A stretch of 64,000 nt of DNA from an uncultured Nitrososphaeraceae archaeon (lineage in GTDB: Archaea; Thermoproteota; Nitrososphaeria; Nitrososphaerales; Nitrososphaeraceae), in NCBI GenBank assembly GCA_963837175.1, contig CAWIMJ010000057.1, positions 128,001 through 192,000 on the forward strand, given 5' to 3'. Of this stretch, positions 41,988 to 54,052 are shown piece after piece. Numbering within the stretch: the stretch's first letter is position 1; every line of letters starts with the position of its first letter. The notes under the pieces were generated by a model, which was not told the origin of the DNA, did not search any database, and was given only the letters and a program-made list of their open reading frames with translations. A program made the position numbers and the translations under genes.

Positions 41988-42320
41988 TTAACTTTCAGTT
42001 CTAATTTTAAGTATATTTAGCATTTTTTCCAAAGTATCTGTAAGAATAAGTTTTTTCCATCCGAATGTGAATGCTCTTAGTTCCTCTATCGAAGTAGGCA
42101 TCGCATTGACAATTTCAACTGCCTCTTCTTCTTTTAAGTCACATTTTTCAATTAATTGGCTTACCATTCTGGCAGCAAGATTCGAATCTACCTGAGCAAA
42201 CTTCCCAACATAGTCAAAAGTCCACCTTTGGATCTGATCCATATCATCCACCTTAACTCCTTCCAAGATTTTCTTTACCTGCGAAAGTGTAATAATTTCT
42301 TTTTTGACTATATCCGTCAT
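41988..42320 (-). CDS. rpo4: RNA polymerase subunit Rpo4 (RpoF)
   Basis: ITLSQVKKIL, QRWTFDY, AVEIVNAMP..IEELRA; lies between rpl21e and DUF655. Confidence 0.92.
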   Translation of the reverse strand: MTDIVKKEIITLSQVKKILEGVKVDDMDQIQRWTFDYVGKFAQVDSNLAARMVSQLIEKCDLKEEEAVEIVNAMPTSIEELRAFTFGWKKLILTDTLEKMLNILKIRTES

Positions 42321-42619
42321 TTTGAATTCTCCTTATCGGTAGTTAATGGTTTAATATGGTTAAGTTTAGTACACAATAATTTTCGCTTGTCTCCTATCAT
42401 TACAGAAAACTTTATTGTCCTTCTTCCAACCTCTTTTACAATACCAACTTTTCCTTGGAATCTCCTGTGAGGAATTGTATTATGTTCTTTTGGATCCACA
42501 TCTACAATAACTTTATCACCTACTTTATAATCAATAAGCAAATACGAAATTCCCCTGGCAACTTTATCTTTAGTAAGCATGGATCGAGACTTTCTTCTGG
42601 TACCGTGCGAGCTTGGCAT
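42317..42619 (-). CDS. rpl21e: 50S ribosomal protein L21e
   Basis: SHGTRRKSR, YKVGDKV, PHRRFQGKVG. Confidence 0.96.
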   Translation of the reverse strand: MPSSHGTRRKSRSMLTKDKVARGISYLLIDYKVGDKVIVDVDPKEHNTIPHRRFQGKVGIVKEVGRRTIKFSVMIGDKRKLLCTKLNHIKPLTTDKENSK

Positions 42620-42672
42620 GACAAATACATTATCAAAATCCTTAATTTATATTATCTGCTTAATTTTAAGCC

Positions 42673-43656
42673 TTAATTTTCAGGATCTGTAACGCCTAGT
42701 TCAGATAAAGTGAATAATACTTCACTTTCCGGATGATATGGGCTATCGACCATTCTTGCTATTCTATTCTTACCGGAACGTTTAAGATATACTCGATAGG
42801 TGCTAGTATGAGCCACTACATGTCCACCAGCTGGTCTATATGCATCTCCAAAAATTGCATCTGGAGATGATTGTATCTGATTAGTGGCCAAAACTGCAAC
42901 TGCATAGGTTTCTGCAATTCTTACTAATACATGCATAAATTTATTAAGTTTCTGTTGCCTTTCTGACAAGGTCGCTCGCCCAAGAAATTCAGCTCTATAA
43001 TGTGCTACTGCTGAATCAACTATTAGCAATTTTACATTATTGCTGTCGATAACTGGACCTGTTTCTTCAAGAATTAATTCCTGATGCGCGCTGTTATATG
43101 CCTTTGCAACGATTATGTTTTCTAGTGATTTGTAGGGATTCAGGTTTCTGGCGTTTGCTATAGAAACGATTCGTTCCGGTCTAAATGTATTTTCGCTGTC
43201 AATATAAATTGCCTTGCCGTTTAATCCTCCTTGTGATCTACTTTGTTGTACCAATACAGACAGAGTATGACATAACTGAGTTTTGCCGGTGCCATACTCA
43301 CCATAGATTTCTGTCACAGAGCCTGTTTCGATTCCTCCAATGAAAAGATCGTCTAAGTTCTTTGAGCCAGTTGAAATTCTTTCTTCCTGTTTTCTTTTCT
43401 CATAAAGTTTAGTAGCAGTAACAAAGCTCTTGTCAATTATACCTAGTTCCTCCAGTCTTATTCTTGCCTTATTGCAGATATAATTTGACTTTTCTATCTC
43501 CATTCCAGTTGCTTCAGCAACATCAGCCGGCCCTCTGACTATGAGATCTTTGATTGATTTGAATCCGGATTCTTCTAAACGACTTTTGGTTGCTGGGCCA
43601 ATCTCATCGATACTATCAAGATCAAAAGAGTCTGGGTGATGGTCATCTTCTTGCAA
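42673..43656 (-). CDS. radA: DNA repair and recombination protein RadA
   Basis: N-terminal HhH, GGIETG, GEYGTGKTQ, ENTFRPER, LIVDS, ERQQKLN, GGHVVAH. Confidence 0.93.
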   Translation of the reverse strand: MQEDDHHPDSFDLDSIDEIGPATKSRLEESGFKSIKDLIVRGPADVAEATGMEIEKSNYICNKARIRLEELGIIDKSFVTATKLYEKRKQEERISTGSKNLDDLFIGGIETGSVTEIYGEYGTGKTQLCHTLSVLVQQSRSQGGLNGKAIYIDSENTFRPERIVSIANARNLNPYKSLENIIVAKAYNSAHQELILEETGPVIDSNNVKLLIVDSAVAHYRAEFLGRATLSERQQKLNKFMHVLVRIAETYAVAVLATNQIQSSPDAIFGDAYRPAGGHVVAHTSTYRVYLKRSGKNRIARMVDSPYHPESEVLFTLSELGVTDPEN

Positions 43657-44256
43657 CTATAATAATTCAAACTAACGTAGCCCACTAATTAGGATTGAGC
43701 CGAGTTTCTTATCGAAATGATCGGACTATATAAATCGCGGACTTTTTTGAGGATGCAATAGATACAAGTGGCAATTTCTGAATGAACGTGTATGTTCTCC
43801 TTAATTTTATAGCTACACAAATTATGCTTAATATAAAGAGCTTCGTTGATCTAATACATTTTATTATGAATTTATTCGTTTAGACTAGATTGTATAATTG
43901 TTTTAATTTTTTATTACACATTCGGTTAATGTAGGTTATAATAATGTTTATCTTATGACCTAAATATTCCATCTACTACAATTTATCTTCGTAAAATCAA
44001 TAGTAAATAGAGGCTTTGTTAGAATCAAAATTGTAAAAGCATAACCTTTACTACTTTGCTTGATAATTTATGAGAAGCCAACAATCATAAATGAAATCTG
44101 AAAAGAAAATGCAGCCATAAGTTGTTCCATTACGATTGCTTGAATATTATGAGCTTATATGATGTAGATTGTTAATATTAGGTTTGTAAACGTTAATGCA
44201 ACGATTAAATAAAGAATTCACATCTATATCTTTGTTAATAACTATCGGTGTATTAA

Positions 44257-44925
44257 TTGATTGTTGACCTGAATGTTGATGGTAAGCATGTCATTGTGGT
44301 CGGTGGTGGCAGCGAAGGTGTAAGGAAGGTCCGCGGACTCTTAGATCAAAACTGTAAAATTACAGTTATTAGTAACCGTTTAAATCGCTATTTGTTAAAT
44401 CTATCTGAAGGAGGCAAGATACAAGTTGTTAAGGCAAAATTGAAAGATGCTGACATACTTGTCAATTACAAAAATCCATTCCTGATTTTAGCTGCTACTA
44501 ATGATAAATCGCTGAATCGTAATATTGTTGATAAAGGCCGTCAAATGGGTTCATTTGTATATGCCGCAGATGATCCTTCTTACAGTGATTTTTCCTATGC
44601 GTCAATAATCAATATTGAAGGAATAATGCAGGTGGCAATTTCCACATCTGGTAAGAGTCCTATAATGGCACGTAAAGTTAGAATAAAAGCCGAACGAACT
44701 TTAAAGAAAATAATCACAAGATCCGATATCGAAAATACAAAATTACAAGAGTTTGCGCGTAACGCGGCAAAATCAAAAATAAAAACAGTTGGTAAGAGAA
44801 AGGAATTTCTATACTCTATTATCCATGACCAAACAATCCAGAACCTTATTAAGGAGGAAAGATTTGAAGATGCTAAACGCACAACGCTGAAACTATTGGA
44901 GAAATGGGAGAATAAGAATAATTAA
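44257..44925 (+). CDS. sirC: Precorrin-2 dehydrogenase / siroheme synthase N-terminal domain
   Basis: VVGGGSEG..K, AATND, ADDP, AISTSGKSP. Confidence 0.9.
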   Translation: MIVDLNVDGKHVIVVGGGSEGVRKVRGLLDQNCKITVISNRLNRYLLNLSEGGKIQVVKAKLKDADILVNYKNPFLILAATNDKSLNRNIVDKGRQMGSFVYAADDPSYSDFSYASIINIEGIMQVAISTSGKSPIMARKVRIKAERTLKKIITRSDIENTKLQEFARNAAKSKIKTVGKRKEFLYSIIHDQTIQNLIKEERFEDAKRTTLKLLEKWENKNN

Positions 44926-46215
44926 TGACATTATCATCTACCATGACACAATCATTGCAAATAATTAATGCCCGTGTAACCTTCAGAGATGCTCCTATAC
45001 ACTTACTTGAGAAATTTGCCTTCATTGACATCGACTGTGCACATAAAAAGTTTTTAGAAAATTGTAGCATTAGTGAATGCGTAATCATTCAAACATGCAA
45101 CAGGGTTGAGGTTTTTGCTGCTGGTACAGCTGCCTGATGAAAGAAAATTACTCGAAGTCTGGGGATCAATAGTTGGCCTGACCACCGATGAATTTGCCAA
45201 CACGATTGAAATTAGTAAAGATAGAGATGTTGTTCTTCATTTATTAAGATTAGCATCAGGACTAGATTCATTAGTAATCGGTGAAGATCAAATACTGGGA
45301 CAGGTTAAGCGAGCCTTCGACTTTGCGAACAAGCACCATTATGCCGGTTCAAATCTTTCGGTTATCTTTGATAGAGCAGTAAAACTCGGTAGCAGAGTTA
45401 GGACTAGCACTTCTCTCAATAAAGGAAGTATATCAATTGGATCAATTGCAGTTAATCTCGCAGAAGATCATTTAGACAATCTGAAAAATAAATGTATCAT
45501 GCTTATAGGAACTGGAGAGGGTGCAAGTCTAGTAGCCAAGTCACTAAAAAAACGAGATATTAATTTTTTAGTTACAAGCAGGACATTTCAAAGAGCCAAA
45601 TCATTTGCCGATACCGTAGCAGGCGAGCCAACTCCATTTGAGAAAGCACTTGAAATATTACATGAGGTTGATATAATTTTTGTTTCTACAACTGCGCCAT
45701 ATTACCTAATTACATATGATAGAGTTGAAAAAGCCATGAGTAACCGTGAAAATGGAATGATGATTTTAGACCTTTCAAATCCAAGAACTGTAGAAGAAAG
45801 AGTTGCTCAACTAAGGAAAATCAAATTAATAAACATGGATCAAATAGCAGAGATTGTAGAAAATAATAGGCGTTCTCGAAGAAATGAAATCAGTTCAGCC
45901 GAGAAATTAATTGATATTGAAATGAATTCTGTGTATAATATGTACAAGAGAAAAAGGGTCGAACCTATTGTTGTTTCTATTTTTAAGAATGTAGATGCTA
46001 TAAGAGATAGTGAACTCAAAAAAGCATTTTCTATTTTGGGAAAGAGAATAGGACCTGAAGAATCTAAGATAGTTGAAAAACTTTCATATGCTATTGTTGA
46101 AGCAATTCTTTCTTCTCCGATGAACAATCTTAGGAAAGAGCTGGAAGAATGTGAAGAAAAGCAAGAAGATTTTATGAAATTCATCCTAAAGTTGTTTAAC
46201 TATGAAAACAAATAG
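44925..46215 (+). CDS. hemA: Glutamyl-tRNA reductase, apparent +1 frameshift near 45130
   Basis: QTCNRVE in the first ORF; ASGLDSLVIGEDQILGQ, IGTGEG, DLSNPR in the second ORF. Confidence 0.92.
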
Positions 46216-47206
46216 CAATGGCAGAAATGTTGGGTTTCCAACTATTAGATTGCGTCGTTTAAGACGCAGTCCTGCTATTCGTGATGTTTTGCAGGAAACT
46301 CGTCTTTCAGTCAAGGATCTGATTTGTCCTATATTTATTAAAGAAGGGATTAAAAAACCTCAGGCTATAGAATCTATGCCTGCTATTCAAAGGATACCTG
46401 TTTCTAAGTTAATTAAGAATATAGAGACAGTTGCTGATCTTGGCATTAGAGCGATTCTTCTTTTTGGCATTCCATCTCACAAAGATGATAATGCAAGTTC
46501 TGCCTTTGATGATGAAGGAATTGTACAGCAGTGTACAGATATTATTCATAAACATTTCGGAGACAATATTGCCATTATTACAGATGTTTGTTTATGTCAG
46601 TATTCCTCCCATGGTCACTGCGGAATATTAAAAAATCAAAAAGTAGATAATGATAGTACTACAGCCGCTTTAAGAAAAGTTGCTATTAGCCACGCAGGTG
46701 CTGGAGCCGATTTTGTTGCTCCCTCCTCTATGATGGATGGTCAAGTAAAGGCTATTCGCGAAGGTTTGGATAATGCGGGTTATTCGGATACTGGAATTAT
46801 TGGATATTCTGCAAAGCAAGCATCACCATTATACGCTCCCTTTAGAGATGTAGCCCATTCAATGCCAGAGTTTGGTGACAGAAGAAGCTATCAATTGCCA
46901 ATTAGTAATGCGAGGGAAGCCCTTCGAGAAATAGAATTTGATATTAATGAAGGTGTTGATATTATTATGATAAAACCTGCCATTCCCTATTTAGACCTTA
47001 TTTATCAGGCAAAGACGACTACTACTTTGCCTGTCTGTGCTTATAGTGTCTCTGGAGAATATGCATTGATTAAAGCAGCAGCAGACGAAGGTTGGATTGA
47101 TGAAAATGCTGTAATGAGCGAGTTTTTGATCTCTATAAAAAGAGCAGGGGCAGATATGATAATTACTTATTATGCAAAACAGATGGCCAAATTATTAAAT
47201 GAATGA
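46202..47206 (+). CDS. hemB: Porphobilinogen synthase (ALA dehydratase)
   Basis: RLRRLR, DVCLCQYSSHGHCG, SSMMDG, GDRRSYQ, MIKPA, YSVSGEY. Confidence 0.97.
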   Translation: MKTNSNGRNVGFPTIRLRRLRRSPAIRDVLQETRLSVKDLICPIFIKEGIKKPQAIESMPAIQRIPVSKLIKNIETVADLGIRAILLFGIPSHKDDNASSAFDDEGIVQQCTDIIHKHFGDNIAIITDVCLCQYSSHGHCGILKNQKVDNDSTTAALRKVAISHAGAGADFVAPSSMMDGQVKAIREGLDNAGYSDTGIIGYSAKQASPLYAPFRDVAHSMPEFGDRRSYQLPISNAREALREIEFDINEGVDIIMIKPAIPYLDLIYQAKTTTTLPVCAYSVSGEYALIKAAADEGWIDENAVMSEFLISIKRAGADMIITYYAKQMAKLLNE

Positions 47207-47262
47207 TGATTTATGTCAGACGATACAATTATAATGTTTGCAGGCAAAAGTTTTGCCATTAG

Positions 47263-48540
47263 ATGCTTAGCAAATCAGAATCGTTGTTCAATAGAGCAAG
47301 AAATGTAATTCCATCTGGAGTTAATAGTCCTGTACGGTTTTATGATCCATATCCATTTTTTGCAGTTTCTGCCAATGGCAGCAAGATTGTTACAGCAGAT
47401 CACAAAATATGTATTGATTATTGTATGGGATATGGTGCTGTTTTACTAGGTCATGCTTACCAAACAGTAACTGAATCTATAAAGAACCAGCTTGATATTG
47501 GAAGCCTCTACTGTGTCCCAACTGAAAAGGAAGTAAAGCTGGCAGAACTGATAGCAGAAATTGTCCCATGTGCAGAGATGACAAGGCTTGTAACTACAGG
47601 CGCGGAGGCAACTATGAACGCTATTAGATTAGCACGCGCATTTACAAAGAAGAAAAAAATTTTAAAATTTGATGGTTCCTATCATGGTTCTTATGACTAT
47701 GTTTTGATAAATGCTGGTTCGGGTGCTGAAAGTTTCGCACAATCTGACGGGAGCATAGAAGAGGTAACTTCGCAAACTAAGGTAATTCCTTTTAATAATT
47801 CTGAAGAATTAGATCGAGTGATAGCAAAGAACGATGATATTGCCTGTGTCATAATAGAACCAATATTTGCGAATATGGGACTTGTTTTACCTAAAAAAGA
47901 ATATCTCAATGACGTCAGGAAAATAACAAAGCAAAACGACATTATTTTAATATTTGACGAAGTTGTGACAGGCTTTAGACTTGCCCTAGGGGGTGCTAGT
48001 GAATTCTTTGGAATTAAGCCTGATTTAGCAACATTCGCTAAGGCTATGGGAAACGGTTTTCCCGTAGCAGCAATAGCGGGCAAGAAGGAGATAATGCAGC
48101 AATTGGCGCCAGCCGGTAGAGTATATCAAGCAAGTACATATGCAGGAAATCCTATCTCTGTTTCAGCTAGCATATCTACCATTGAAACTCTGATAAGGGC
48201 AAAGAACGACATATATCCAACTATCGCCAAAACATGCGATCGTCTGGTTAATGGAATTAAAGACGAGCTAGAAGATGCCAAACTGAATTTGACGCTGAAT
48301 ACAATAGGATCAATGTATCAATTGTTCTTTACTGAAGGAAGAGTAACCGATGCCATCAGCGCAAAAAAATCTAATGCAGCAAACTTCAGGCTCTTATTTG
48401 ATGAATTATTGAAGAGAGGGGTTTTCATACCTCCTTCTCAATTTGAAACTTGTTTTGTTTCTTATTCTCACAGCGAAGATGATGTATATAAAACTATAGA
48501 GTTCTATGGCGATGCTATACGCAGAGTGAAAGAAACCTGA
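47263..48540 (+). CDS. hemL: Glutamate-1-semialdehyde 2,1-aminomutase
   Basis: PSGVNSPVR, GAEATM, FDEVVTGFR, AKAMGNG, PPSQFE. Confidence 0.96.
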   Translation: MLSKSESLFNRARNVIPSGVNSPVRFYDPYPFFAVSANGSKIVTADHKICIDYCMGYGAVLLGHAYQTVTESIKNQLDIGSLYCVPTEKEVKLAELIAEIVPCAEMTRLVTTGAEATMNAIRLARAFTKKKKILKFDGSYHGSYDYVLINAGSGAESFAQSDGSIEEVTSQTKVIPFNNSEELDRVIAKNDDIACVIIEPIFANMGLVLPKKEYLNDVRKITKQNDIILIFDEVVTGFRLALGGASEFFGIKPDLATFAKAMGNGFPVAAIAGKKEIMQQLAPAGRVYQASTYAGNPISVSASISTIETLIRAKNDIYPTIAKTCDRLVNGIKDELEDAKLNLTLNTIGSMYQLFFTEGRVTDAISAKKSNAANFRLLFDELLKRGVFIPPSQFETCFVSYSHSEDDVYKTIEFYGDAIRRVKET

Positions 48541-49490
48541 TGATCAACAGATTAAGAGTAGGTACAAGAGGGAGTAGGCTTGCTCTTCTTCAGACTCATA
48601 TAATATTACGTGCTTTACGAAAATCTAATCCTTCTATTGAATGTGAAATTGTCACAATTAGTACGAGAGGTGACAAAGATGATAGAGCCATATTTACGAT
48701 AGACGAAAAAGGAATATTTGAAAAAGAATTAAATGATGCCGTAAGAAAAGGAAGCATTGATTTTGCTGTTCATAGTTTAAAAGATCTTCCATCGGACCTT
48801 AACGATGAATTAGTTCTTGCTTCGATACCAAAGAGAGCAAGTCCTAATGATGTATTAGTTAATGAAAAAAAACTGAAATTAAGTGATCTTCCTAAAGGAT
48901 CGATAGTGGGAACTAGTAGTTTAAGACGAGCCATTCAGATAATGAGAAGACGTCCTGATTTAAACGTCAAGCCAATTCGTGGAAATGTCGAGACTCGGGT
49001 CAAGAAATCAATTAATGGAGAATACGATGCTGTTGTTCTTGCAGAGGCAGGTTTAGTTAGGCTTGGAATGAAAGATGTCATTGTAGAAAGGTTTAATGTT
49101 AGAGGCTTTATGCCATCTCCTGGCCAAGGCGCAATAGCAACTGTCTGCAGAAAGAATAATCATCAATTAATTAGAATTTTGAATAGTATTGAAGACAAAA
49201 AATCTAGATCTGAAGTTGATGCGGAACGTGCGATGTCAAGTAAAATAGAGGGAGGCTGCAGATTTCCCGTTGGCGCCATTGCAGTTACAAACTCTGACCG
49301 CAGAAAAATGACGCTCTATGCGTCTGTGTTTTCAGCAGATGGTGTGAAATCGATCAGTCTAAAAGAGAGTGGAAGTATAAAAAATCCAGTTAAACTTGGA
49401 ATAATCGTTGCCGAAATGCTTATGAAAAAAGACGTTAAGAAACTGTCAGAAGACTGGCATGATGCAGTTGATAGGTGGAATAAAAAATGA
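48540..49490 (+). CDS. hemC: Porphobilinogen deaminase
   Basis: GTRGSRLAL, KGIFEKE, VHSLKDLP, GTSSLRR, IRGNVETR, GGCRFP. Confidence 0.97.
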   Translation: MINRLRVGTRGSRLALLQTHIILRALRKSNPSIECEIVTISTRGDKDDRAIFTIDEKGIFEKELNDAVRKGSIDFAVHSLKDLPSDLNDELVLASIPKRASPNDVLVNEKKLKLSDLPKGSIVGTSSLRRAIQIMRRRPDLNVKPIRGNVETRVKKSINGEYDAVVLAEAGLVRLGMKDVIVERFNVRGFMPSPGQGAIATVCRKNNHQLIRILNSIEDKKSRSEVDAERAMSSKIEGGCRFPVGAIAVTNSDRRKMTLYASVFSADGVKSISLKESGSIKNPVKLGIIVAEMLMKKDVKKLSEDWHDAVDRWNKK

Positions 49491-50240
49491 GAAATAGAGG
49501 TAAAGTTTTCCTTTGTGGTGCAGGACCCGGTGATCCGAAGTTAATCACAGTCAAAGCAATGGAACTTTTGAAAGATTGCGATGTTGTACTTTATGACAGA
49601 CTGATTAGTGAAGATATCATTAATCAGATTCCTGCTCAAGCTGAAAAGATCTATGTTGGAAGAAAAGTAGGAGATCCAACAAGTCATCAGGACAATACAA
49701 ATATTCAAATGGTAAGGCTTGCGAAACAAGGCAAGAAAGTTTTGCGACTTAAGGGAGGGGATCCGTTTATCTTCGGAAGAGGAGGAGAAGAAGCGGAATT
49801 TCTTTTTCAGAACGGTGTTCAATTTGAAATAATTCCTGGAATTTCTTCTGCTATAGCGGCTGCTCGCTTATGCTGGGATTCCCTTAACACATAGGCAATA
49901 TGCCTCATCTCTGGCAATTGTTACCGGCCATGAAGACGGAAATAAGGCTGAATCAATTGTCAAATGGGATAGATTAGCTAATGCTGTAGATACTATTGTG
50001 ATCCTCATGGGAATAGAAAGTCTGGAGAGGATCTGTTATAGTCTGATAAATGCAGGAATGAGTACAAATACAGAGATTGCCATAATTGAAAGTGCAACAC
50101 TTAAAACACAAAGGGTAATCAGCGGCAATCTCATGAATATTCTACGTAAAACTGAAGATTCTAGGATCAAACCTCCTGCGATTATTATAATTGGGAAAGT
50201 TGTTACATTATGCAGAAAGATTGCATGGTTTGGTAAGTGA
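49487..50240 (+). CDS. cobA: Uroporphyrinogen-III C-methyltransferase, apparent +1 frameshift near 49865
   Basis: GAGPGDP, RLKGGDPFIFGRGGEE, PGISS; after the shift YAGIPLTHR..VTGHE..ILMG..PPAIIIIG. Confidence 0.93.
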
Positions 50241-51052
50241 TCCAAATGTCACAAAGCTTTCGTAAGAAAATACTTGCGATAACAAGAAACGATGCTGATG
50301 CTGAAGAATTTTCACAGCTTGTCAGAATGGAAGGTGGCAAGTCCATTGCCTTACCTACTATCGAAATAGTTCCCAAAGGTCCTGAAGTTATTTTAGAATT
50401 TATCGATGAGCTAAAAGAAAAAAAGCATGATTATTGTGCATTTATGAGCCAGTGGGCAGTAAATGTGCTATTTGATCTTGCAAATGCAATGAATAAAACT
50501 GATCAGGTTGTCTCTCTATTAAATTCTAGGACTATTATAGCAGTCGGACCAAAAACCAGAGAAAGCCTTCTTAACCGTAGAATATATGTCCATTTGATGC
50601 CAGAAAAATACTCTGCCAAGGGATTGGTGGAACTTTTTTCAAAAATGAATCTCACGTCTCATAGAATTATTATTCCCCGAAGCAGTGCATCAAATGACTT
50701 CATTGCAACAGCTCTTAGTAAAATAGGTATGAATGTCGATGAACTATTCTTATATGACATCCGGACTTCTATTACGAATGCCATTTGGAAAGATTTTAAA
50801 TTACTTTTGGAAAATAAAAAAGTTGACGCTATTATTTTTACTAGTTCCTCTACGGTTCAGTCATTTTTTGAAATCTTACAAAGGATATCTGCTGATGTTC
50901 CAACATTAATCAGGGGTGTAAAGGCCGTAATAGCAATAGGCCCATTTACTCAGGAAGAATTGACGAAAAAAAATATTCACTCTATTGAGTCTAAAATACA
51001 TACGATAAGAGGAGCTATTGAGTTGGCTAAAGACATTCTTCATGAAAATTAA
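50237..51052 (+). CDS. hemD: Uroporphyrinogen-III synthase
   Basis: AITR, LPTIEI, AVGPKT, FTSSSTV, AIGPFT; operon context. Confidence 0.9.
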   Translation: MIQMSQSFRKKILAITRNDADAEEFSQLVRMEGGKSIALPTIEIVPKGPEVILEFIDELKEKKHDYCAFMSQWAVNVLFDLANAMNKTDQVVSLLNSRTIIAVGPKTRESLLNRRIYVHLMPEKYSAKGLVELFSKMNLTSHRIIIPRSSASNDFIATALSKIGMNVDELFLYDIRTSITNAIWKDFKLLLENKKVDAIIFTSSSTVQSFFEILQRISADVPTLIRGVKAVIAIGPFTQEELTKKNIHSIESKIHTIRGAIELAKDILHEN

Positions 51053-51168
51053 TATAGAACAAGATGTTCAGTTGTTTATGTATAAACTATCTATTAAATG
51101 TTTGATGATTAGTCATGCATTAATTACACTGCAACATATATATAAAACATAACAGCGTTATACATTAT

Positions 51169-52570
51169 ATGACGACTGAAAAGATGAATATGGATTATAG
51201 TAAATATGACTTTAAGGACTCAACAGAGCTTTATGTATTTTTAAGTAAAAGAGGTCTCTCTCGGGGAACTGTTGAGGAGATTAGTAAGATGAAAGGTGAG
51301 CCTGATTGGATGAGAGATTTTAGGTTGCGATCCTATGATGTCTTTATGAGTAAACCAATGCCAAAGTGGGGTGGAGATATTTCAAAAATTGATTTTCAAA
51401 ATATCTATTATTATGCCAAAGCATCAGAAAAACAAAGTAAAAGTTGGGATGATGTTCCACAATCTGTAAGAAATACCTTTGATAAACTTGGCATTCCAGA
51501 GGCAGAAAAGAAGTTCCTTGCAGGTGTAGGTGCTCAGTATGAGTCGGAAGTAGTTTATCATAATCTAAGAGAAGATCTTCAGAAGCAAGGAGTAATATTT
51601 GTTGATACAGATACAGCAGTTAAGGAATATCCAGACCTGATGAAAAAACACTTTGGAAAAGTTATTCCACCAGAAGATAATAAATTTGCAGCATTAAATA
51701 GTGCTGTTTGGTCAGGAGGATCCTTCATTTATATTCCACCAAATGTAAAGGTCGACCTTCCTTTGCAGGCGTACTTTAGAATCAATGCTGAAAATATTGG
51801 CCAGTTTGAAAGAACTCTTATTATTGCAGATGAGAATGCAGAAGTTCACTACATTGAAGGATGTACTGCTCCAGGTTTATGCTACCGAATCATTGCACTC
51901 CGCAGTTGTAGAGTTAATTGCAAAGAAGGGAGCCAAGATTAGATACACTACAATCCAAAACTGGAGTAAGGATGTATACAACCTCGTAACTAAGAGAGCA
52001 TATGCATATGAAAATGCCACAGTTGAATGGATTGATGGAAATATAGGTAGCAGACTGACTATGAAATATCCTGGTGTCTATATGTTAGGAAGGAATGCGC
52101 ATGCTGAAGTAGTATCAATAGCTTTCGCAGGCGCCAACCAACATCAAGATGCAGGTGCAAAAGCAGTACACCTAGCACCAAATACAACCTCTAGAATTAC
52201 AAGTAAATCAGTTAGCAAAGATTCTGGTAGAACAACATATAGAGGACTATTGCACGTTGCGAAAGGTGCAACGGGAGTAAAATCTAACGTCAGGTGTGAT
52301 GCATTACTATTAGATGAAAATTCTAGAACTGACACATATCCATATGTCGAAGTAAATGAAGAGGATGCAACAATATCACATGAAGCAACTGTAGGAAAGA
52401 TTGGTGAAGAACAGATCTTTTATCTGATGAGTAGGGGATTTTCAGAATCTGATGCATTGTCGATGATCGTTGGTGGATTCATGGAACCATTTACAAAAGA
52501 ATTACCAATGGAATATGCGGTAGAGCTGAATAGACTTGTAAAGCTCGAAATGGAAGGTTCAGTAGGTTAA
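51169..52570 (+). CDS. sufB: Fe-S cluster assembly protein SufB, apparent +1 frameshift near 51874
   Basis: [56 protein letters not shown]. Confidence 0.95.
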
Positions 52571-52616
52571 GAGTATAAATTCTCTTTCTTTTTTTCTTAA
52601 GGGATGATATGATGGG

Positions 52617-54035
52617 TTGGTAATTTTATCTGATATTGACAGTCAAGATATTAAAACAATAGCAAGAGAAAAAAGAGAGCCAGATTGGCTGGTACAGATG
52701 AGAGAAAAGGCATTATCCAGTTATGAATCACTCCCTGTCGAAGTTTCACCTCTCTATACTAAATATTCTGACGCAAACCGTTTAAAGCCAGAATATATCC
52801 ATCTTCCAGATAGAATTATACGATCGGAACCATACGGAGATCTCGCAGATAGACTTGATGATTTAGAACATGGTACGAATATATTACAAATTGGCTCTTC
52901 GACAAATCGAGTTTTAATCCCTGATAAAATTGCAAAACAAGGAGTTATTGTTGCCGATATAAAAGAAGCGATAGTACAACAAGAAGATCGTATAAGGGAG
53001 ATTCTAGAAAGTAATCAGTTGGACTATACTGAGGACAAATTCCTTGCATTAGAAGCTGCTGCTTTTCAATCAGGTATTTTTATCTATATTCCAAAAAATG
53101 TAATACTTGAAGAACCGATAAGAATTGTAAAATCACTGGCAGATGATAGAATCTCTTCGATATCACGTAATATTGTTTTTGCAGATGTTAGCTCTAAAGC
53201 AACAGTAGTTCAGGAGATTTATGCGCCGTCAAACGCGACAAAAAAAGATATTCAACAGGCTTATTTTGAGTTAGTTGAATGTCATGTACATCCTAATGCT
53301 CATCTCGAAATGGTAACATTGCAAGCTATGAGTGGAGATACTATAAATTTCTCAAACAGGAAGGCTTTCATCGATAGGGATGCTAAAATGTCTTGGTATT
53401 TAGGAATGTTTGGTGCACAATTATCACGATATAAGATTGATAGCATAATGAAAGGGCCAGGCTCGTCTGGCGAAGATGTAGAAATCATATTTGGTATTGG
53501 AAACCAGTCATTTGATGTCACATCTAATTTGATTCATTATGGTGGTAACTCGAGAGGAAGAGTTCTTGTCAAGTCTGTTATGAAAGATACTTCCAAATCA
53601 TTGTTCAAAGGCATGATAAGGATAGAAAAGAATGCCAAAGCTGCTGAGTCGTACCTTGCTGGACATGCAATTCTGCTAGACAAGGGCGCTAAATCAGATG
53701 CTATTCCAGGACTGGAGATCCAGACTAATGAAGTAAGAGCGACGCATTCTGCTTCCGTAGCACAATTGGATGAGTCTCAACTTTTTTATTTAATGAGTAG
53801 AGGATTAAGCAGAGAGGGTGCAAAAAGAGAAATAGTTAGCGGTTTTCTGGAACCATTATCAAGAAAAATGGGACCAACTATTAGAGCATGGATCAATTAT
53901 CTAATCGAAAACAAATGGTCTGGCAAAGCTCTTATGCTCAAGACAGACGAAGCAATGGAACAGATCTTGGAAATAGAGAAGTCGCGATATAGAGAAACTC
54001 AGGACATCTTTGAGAAACACTACAAATATAGATAA
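52617..54035 (+). CDS. sufD: Fe-S cluster assembly protein SufD
   Basis: EPDWL..RE, beta-helix core, IPGLEI, ATHSASV, LFYLMSRG. Confidence 0.9.
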   Translation: MVILSDIDSQDIKTIAREKREPDWLVQMREKALSSYESLPVEVSPLYTKYSDANRLKPEYIHLPDRIIRSEPYGDLADRLDDLEHGTNILQIGSSTNRVLIPDKIAKQGVIVADIKEAIVQQEDRIREILESNQLDYTEDKFLALEAAAFQSGIFIYIPKNVILEEPIRIVKSLADDRISSISRNIVFADVSSKATVVQEIYAPSNATKKDIQQAYFELVECHVHPNAHLEMVTLQAMSGDTINFSNRKAFIDRDAKMSWYLGMFGAQLSRYKIDSIMKGPGSSGEDVEIIFGIGNQSFDVTSNLIHYGGNSRGRVLVKSVMKDTSKSLFKGMIRIEKNAKAAESYLAGHAILLDKGAKSDAIPGLEIQTNEVRATHSASVAQLDESQLFYLMSRGLSREGAKREIVSGFLEPLSRKMGPTIRAWINYLIENKWSGKALMLKTDEAMEQILEIEKSRYRETQDIFEKHYKYR

Positions 54036-54052
54036 ATACATAGAAATTTAAT

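Noticed and set aside
44925-52570. hemA, cobA and sufB as true pseudogenes or programmed frameshifts
   Set aside because: Each has one +1 base, no other decay and no slippery heptamer or stimulator seen; error is more parsimonious
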